A DNA stretch of 11,315 nucleotides. Origin: Paraspadella gotoi (lineage: Eukaryota; Animalia; Chaetognatha). The notes below the pieces were generated by a model that was given only the letters and a program-made list of their open reading frames with translations, had not been told where the DNA came from and did not search any database. Positions within the stretch are counted from its first letter, which is position 1. Every line of letters begins with the position of its first letter. The position numbers and the translations under genes were made by a program. The stretch lies in the NCBI GenBank assembly GCA_051294375.1, contig JBJCIZ010001439.1, positions 1 through 11,315 of the forward strand. The letters are read 5' to 3'. Shown piece after piece: positions 9,351-11,315 of the stretch.

Positions 9351-10015
9351 CGGAGAATTAAGCTTATTGTGGTTGGAGGAGAGGAGCTTGGTTGAGCGAA
9401 GAAGCGCGGCAGCAGAAGACAAACGAAAAAAATCGATTTTTTTTTCTTTTTTTTCTTTTTGTGGAAGATTTCCTTATTGACCTGATTTTAAATTATGGTT
9501 CGTGCGGCGCCCTGAACGAACCTCTTGGACAAGAATGACGAAGAGGAAGGGAAAGAACAGGAAAAGGCTCTGGGGAGGGAAGGAAGGGAGCGAAAATAGA
9601 AAGCGGAGTGTTGACGAGGGAAGGTACGCAAGTTGTCACAGGAATCCCATAGGATCACTTGCCAATGAACTATAGAGAGGGCAGAAATTAGAAAGAGATA
9701 GCTCGTTATTCGATTCATCTACGTAGTAAGGGAGAAATCATGAGTCGAACAACCTCGGACATAAAGATTGACGCAGAAGAAAAACGAGCAAACAACCGAT
9801 TTAGAAGGCAGCATGAGAGAGAGACGAGGAACTCAGGTCGGACACGGAGCAGACAGAGATATAGAACAGAAGCATAAAAAAAAAAGAGATCGACAGAAAA
9901 CACAGAAAAAAACGAGGAACGAAAGAAGGAAACAGGTAAGAGAAAAGTGTTGCGGACGTCAGTGACTTTATTTTCACGTGCATTTGCCTTCTGCGTCACA
10001 TGATATGAACATTGA

Positions 10016-10130
10016 CTATAAATACTATATATATATATTATACTATAAACTGATACTAAATATACTATACTAATATATACTAAATACCTATATATACTAT
10101 ATAAATATCTTATATATATTATATATATTT
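10016..10130. repeat. TA-rich low-complexity tract, degenerate (TA)n
   Basis: Almost only A/T with occasional C, directly abutting the tandem repeat. Confidence 0.9.
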
Positions 10131-10658
10131 ATACTGTGAGATGAGTTGATTGAAAACTTGCAGGCGACCTGTATGGTCTTGATCTGTAAGTGATGAGGCC
10201 TTAAACCACACCAAGCCCCGTCCAATCAGGGGCAAGAAATTAGCTTATTTATTATATTTAAAAATAAATCGGATAATTTTATTTATATTGGTTTACAATA
10301 TCATAAAATTCAGCTCTTGTATTTGATGCTAGTGCGGAAGTAACAATAAGTATCTCCCCGACTAATACTTAAGGGAGTGGTCTTTTCATACAATTGAACC
10401 ACAATTCTTTGAAACAAATATTCCACTTCAATTGATAGGGAGCCAGGTACTCTGGGAGTGAATACCAAAGACTGTGAGAGAGTCCTTGATTTGAAAACTT
10501 GCAGGACTGCTATGTCATTATCTTGTAGAGTGATGGAGGCTTAAAGCCACCAAAGGCCTGTCCAAAAAGTCCAGGGGGCAAGATAGCTTATTTATTAAAA
10601 ATGAAATGGATAATTTTATTATTTGGTTTGTAAAACACTTCCACATATAATATCATAA
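10131..10658 (+). mobile_element. Head-to-tail tandem (~1.5 units, period ~338 bp) of the same LINE-like 3' fragment
   Basis: 10133-10306 repeats at 10471-10658 (ACTGTGAGA, TTGAAAACTTGCAGG, GGGGCAAGA, TAGCTTATTTATTA, GGATAATTTTATT, TTGGTTT, AATATCATAA). 10450-10488 translates as LWE*IPKTVRESL, preceded by an RGAR-like stretch needing one indel. This resembles the 'RG..LWN.LP..IR.S.SL..FK' C-terminal motif of CR1/L2-group ORF2. Confidence 0.6.
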
Positions 10659-10740
10659 TAATAATATAATTAAAAAATAATATTATATAATGAATAATAT
10701 ATAATATAATAAATTAATATAATATAATAATTGATAATAT
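10645..10740. repeat. TAA/TA-rich low-complexity tract
   Basis: Degenerate (ATAAT)n right flank of the tandem. Confidence 0.9.
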
Positions 10741-11315
10741 AGAAGTTCTTTTCTTTTCTTCCTCTTCTCCCCGCGAGTACTCGGCGCGCAACTAAGAAGG
10801 AGGAAAGAGCAAAACCAAAAAGAAGGAAAGAGAGAGATTGAAACGGGGAGGCGGAAAAAGGGAGGGGCTGAGAAAAGAATCAGGATATAGAGAGAAAATG
10901 AAGAGAGACAAAAAATGTTTTTTTAAAAGGCCGCTTTCTCCTTAAAATGAAGTTGCCGAATGGAAAATGGGAGAATTTTACCGGCGGTTATGTCACCCCC
11001 CAGACTTGGAATTATTGAGAACTCCTTGCGCACAGGATTATTTGAAATCTGTGAAGTGATTTAAACCAAGAAGAGAGAGGAATGACGGACTTTGAATTGA
11101 GGGGGGAGGAATATGGACGTGAAATGACATTAGCAAACGAGTAAAATTAGTATAAATAAATAGTAATTCAAAAATAATTTAAAATAAAATTGTAAAATTA
11201 AGAAAATAAAAGGTGCTTGAGAAAAAAAATGGTTTAGAAATATATTAAAAATAGGAATTAAATCATAATTCAAAATTAAATAAAATTGATTTCCTTTCCC
11301 ATTGTCACAATTTGT

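Noticed and set aside
9488-9669. WD40-like words on the minus strand (QVILWDSCDNLRTF...H; KRFVQGAARTII)
   Set aside because: The spacing is interrupted by low-complexity sequence and the second repeat ends in a stop instead of W-D. This is too weak to call without a profile search.
2480-9999. Many ORFs rich in SL/ER/F/T/D/R runs (e.g. 4361..4954, 3691..3909, 6358..6657, 9108..9422)
   Set aside because: They are stop-free translations of (CT)n, (GA)n, poly-T and (GAC)n tracts. Their apparent hydrophobic or charged segments are not evidence of coding.
10190-10240. Retrozyme idea: TGATGAGGCC in a ~340-bp tandem unit
   Set aside because: The core is GTGATGA rather than CTGATGA, the other copies read GTGATGGA and GTGTTGGA, and no GAAA closes the GGCCTT/AAGGCC-like stem. 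A LINE-tail origin fits better. An Infernal search on a polished consensus would settle it.
2458-10461. Alternative genetic code (TGA as sense), suggested by TGA at 2458, 6097, 6103 and 10459
   Set aside because: TGG is used for Trp in the same segments, and TAA/TAG stops and frameshifts also interrupt frames, so general sequence noise explains it.
10929-11140. Exon-like island (EVAEWKMGEFYRRLCHPPDLELLRTPCAQDYLKSVK; DFELRGEEYGREMTLAN)
   Set aside because: No recognisable family, stops in the plus-strand frames read, and weak splice signals.
1-11315. CRISPR array, LTR pair or prokaryotic system
   Set aside because: There is no regularly spaced repeat-spacer pattern. TGTCAC occurrences (1, 16, 10991, 11303) are not followed by shared sequence, and there are no long ORFs or operon structure.

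Overview
Eukaryotic (probably animal) genomic DNA from a draft-quality scaffold with a 290-N gap at 298-587. It is rich in (GA)n/(CT)n, (GAC)n/(GTC)n and A/T tracts, and CpG is plainly not depleted. No prokaryotic genes, CRISPR arrays, rRNA or tRNA are visible, and most listed ORFs are translations of microsatellites. Short, higher-complexity islands with GT-AG splice signals lie between the repeats and look like exons. The best supported are a two-exon PH-domain-like region (2031-2459, +), possibly part of a Gab/DOS-type adaptor, and an FN3-like exon after a clean 62-bp intron (5969-6030). A repeat resembling the C-terminus of a CR1/L2-group LINE ORF2 occurs once at about 7423-7676 and as a ~340-bp head-to-tail tandem at about 10131-10658 between TA-rich tracts. 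TCACGTGA E-box palindromes cluster at 1-66. Frameshifts and indel-dominated divergence occur throughout, so sequence error cannot be separated from pseudogenisation. I cannot support a new biological system here; all protein calls come from manual motif reading, not database searches.
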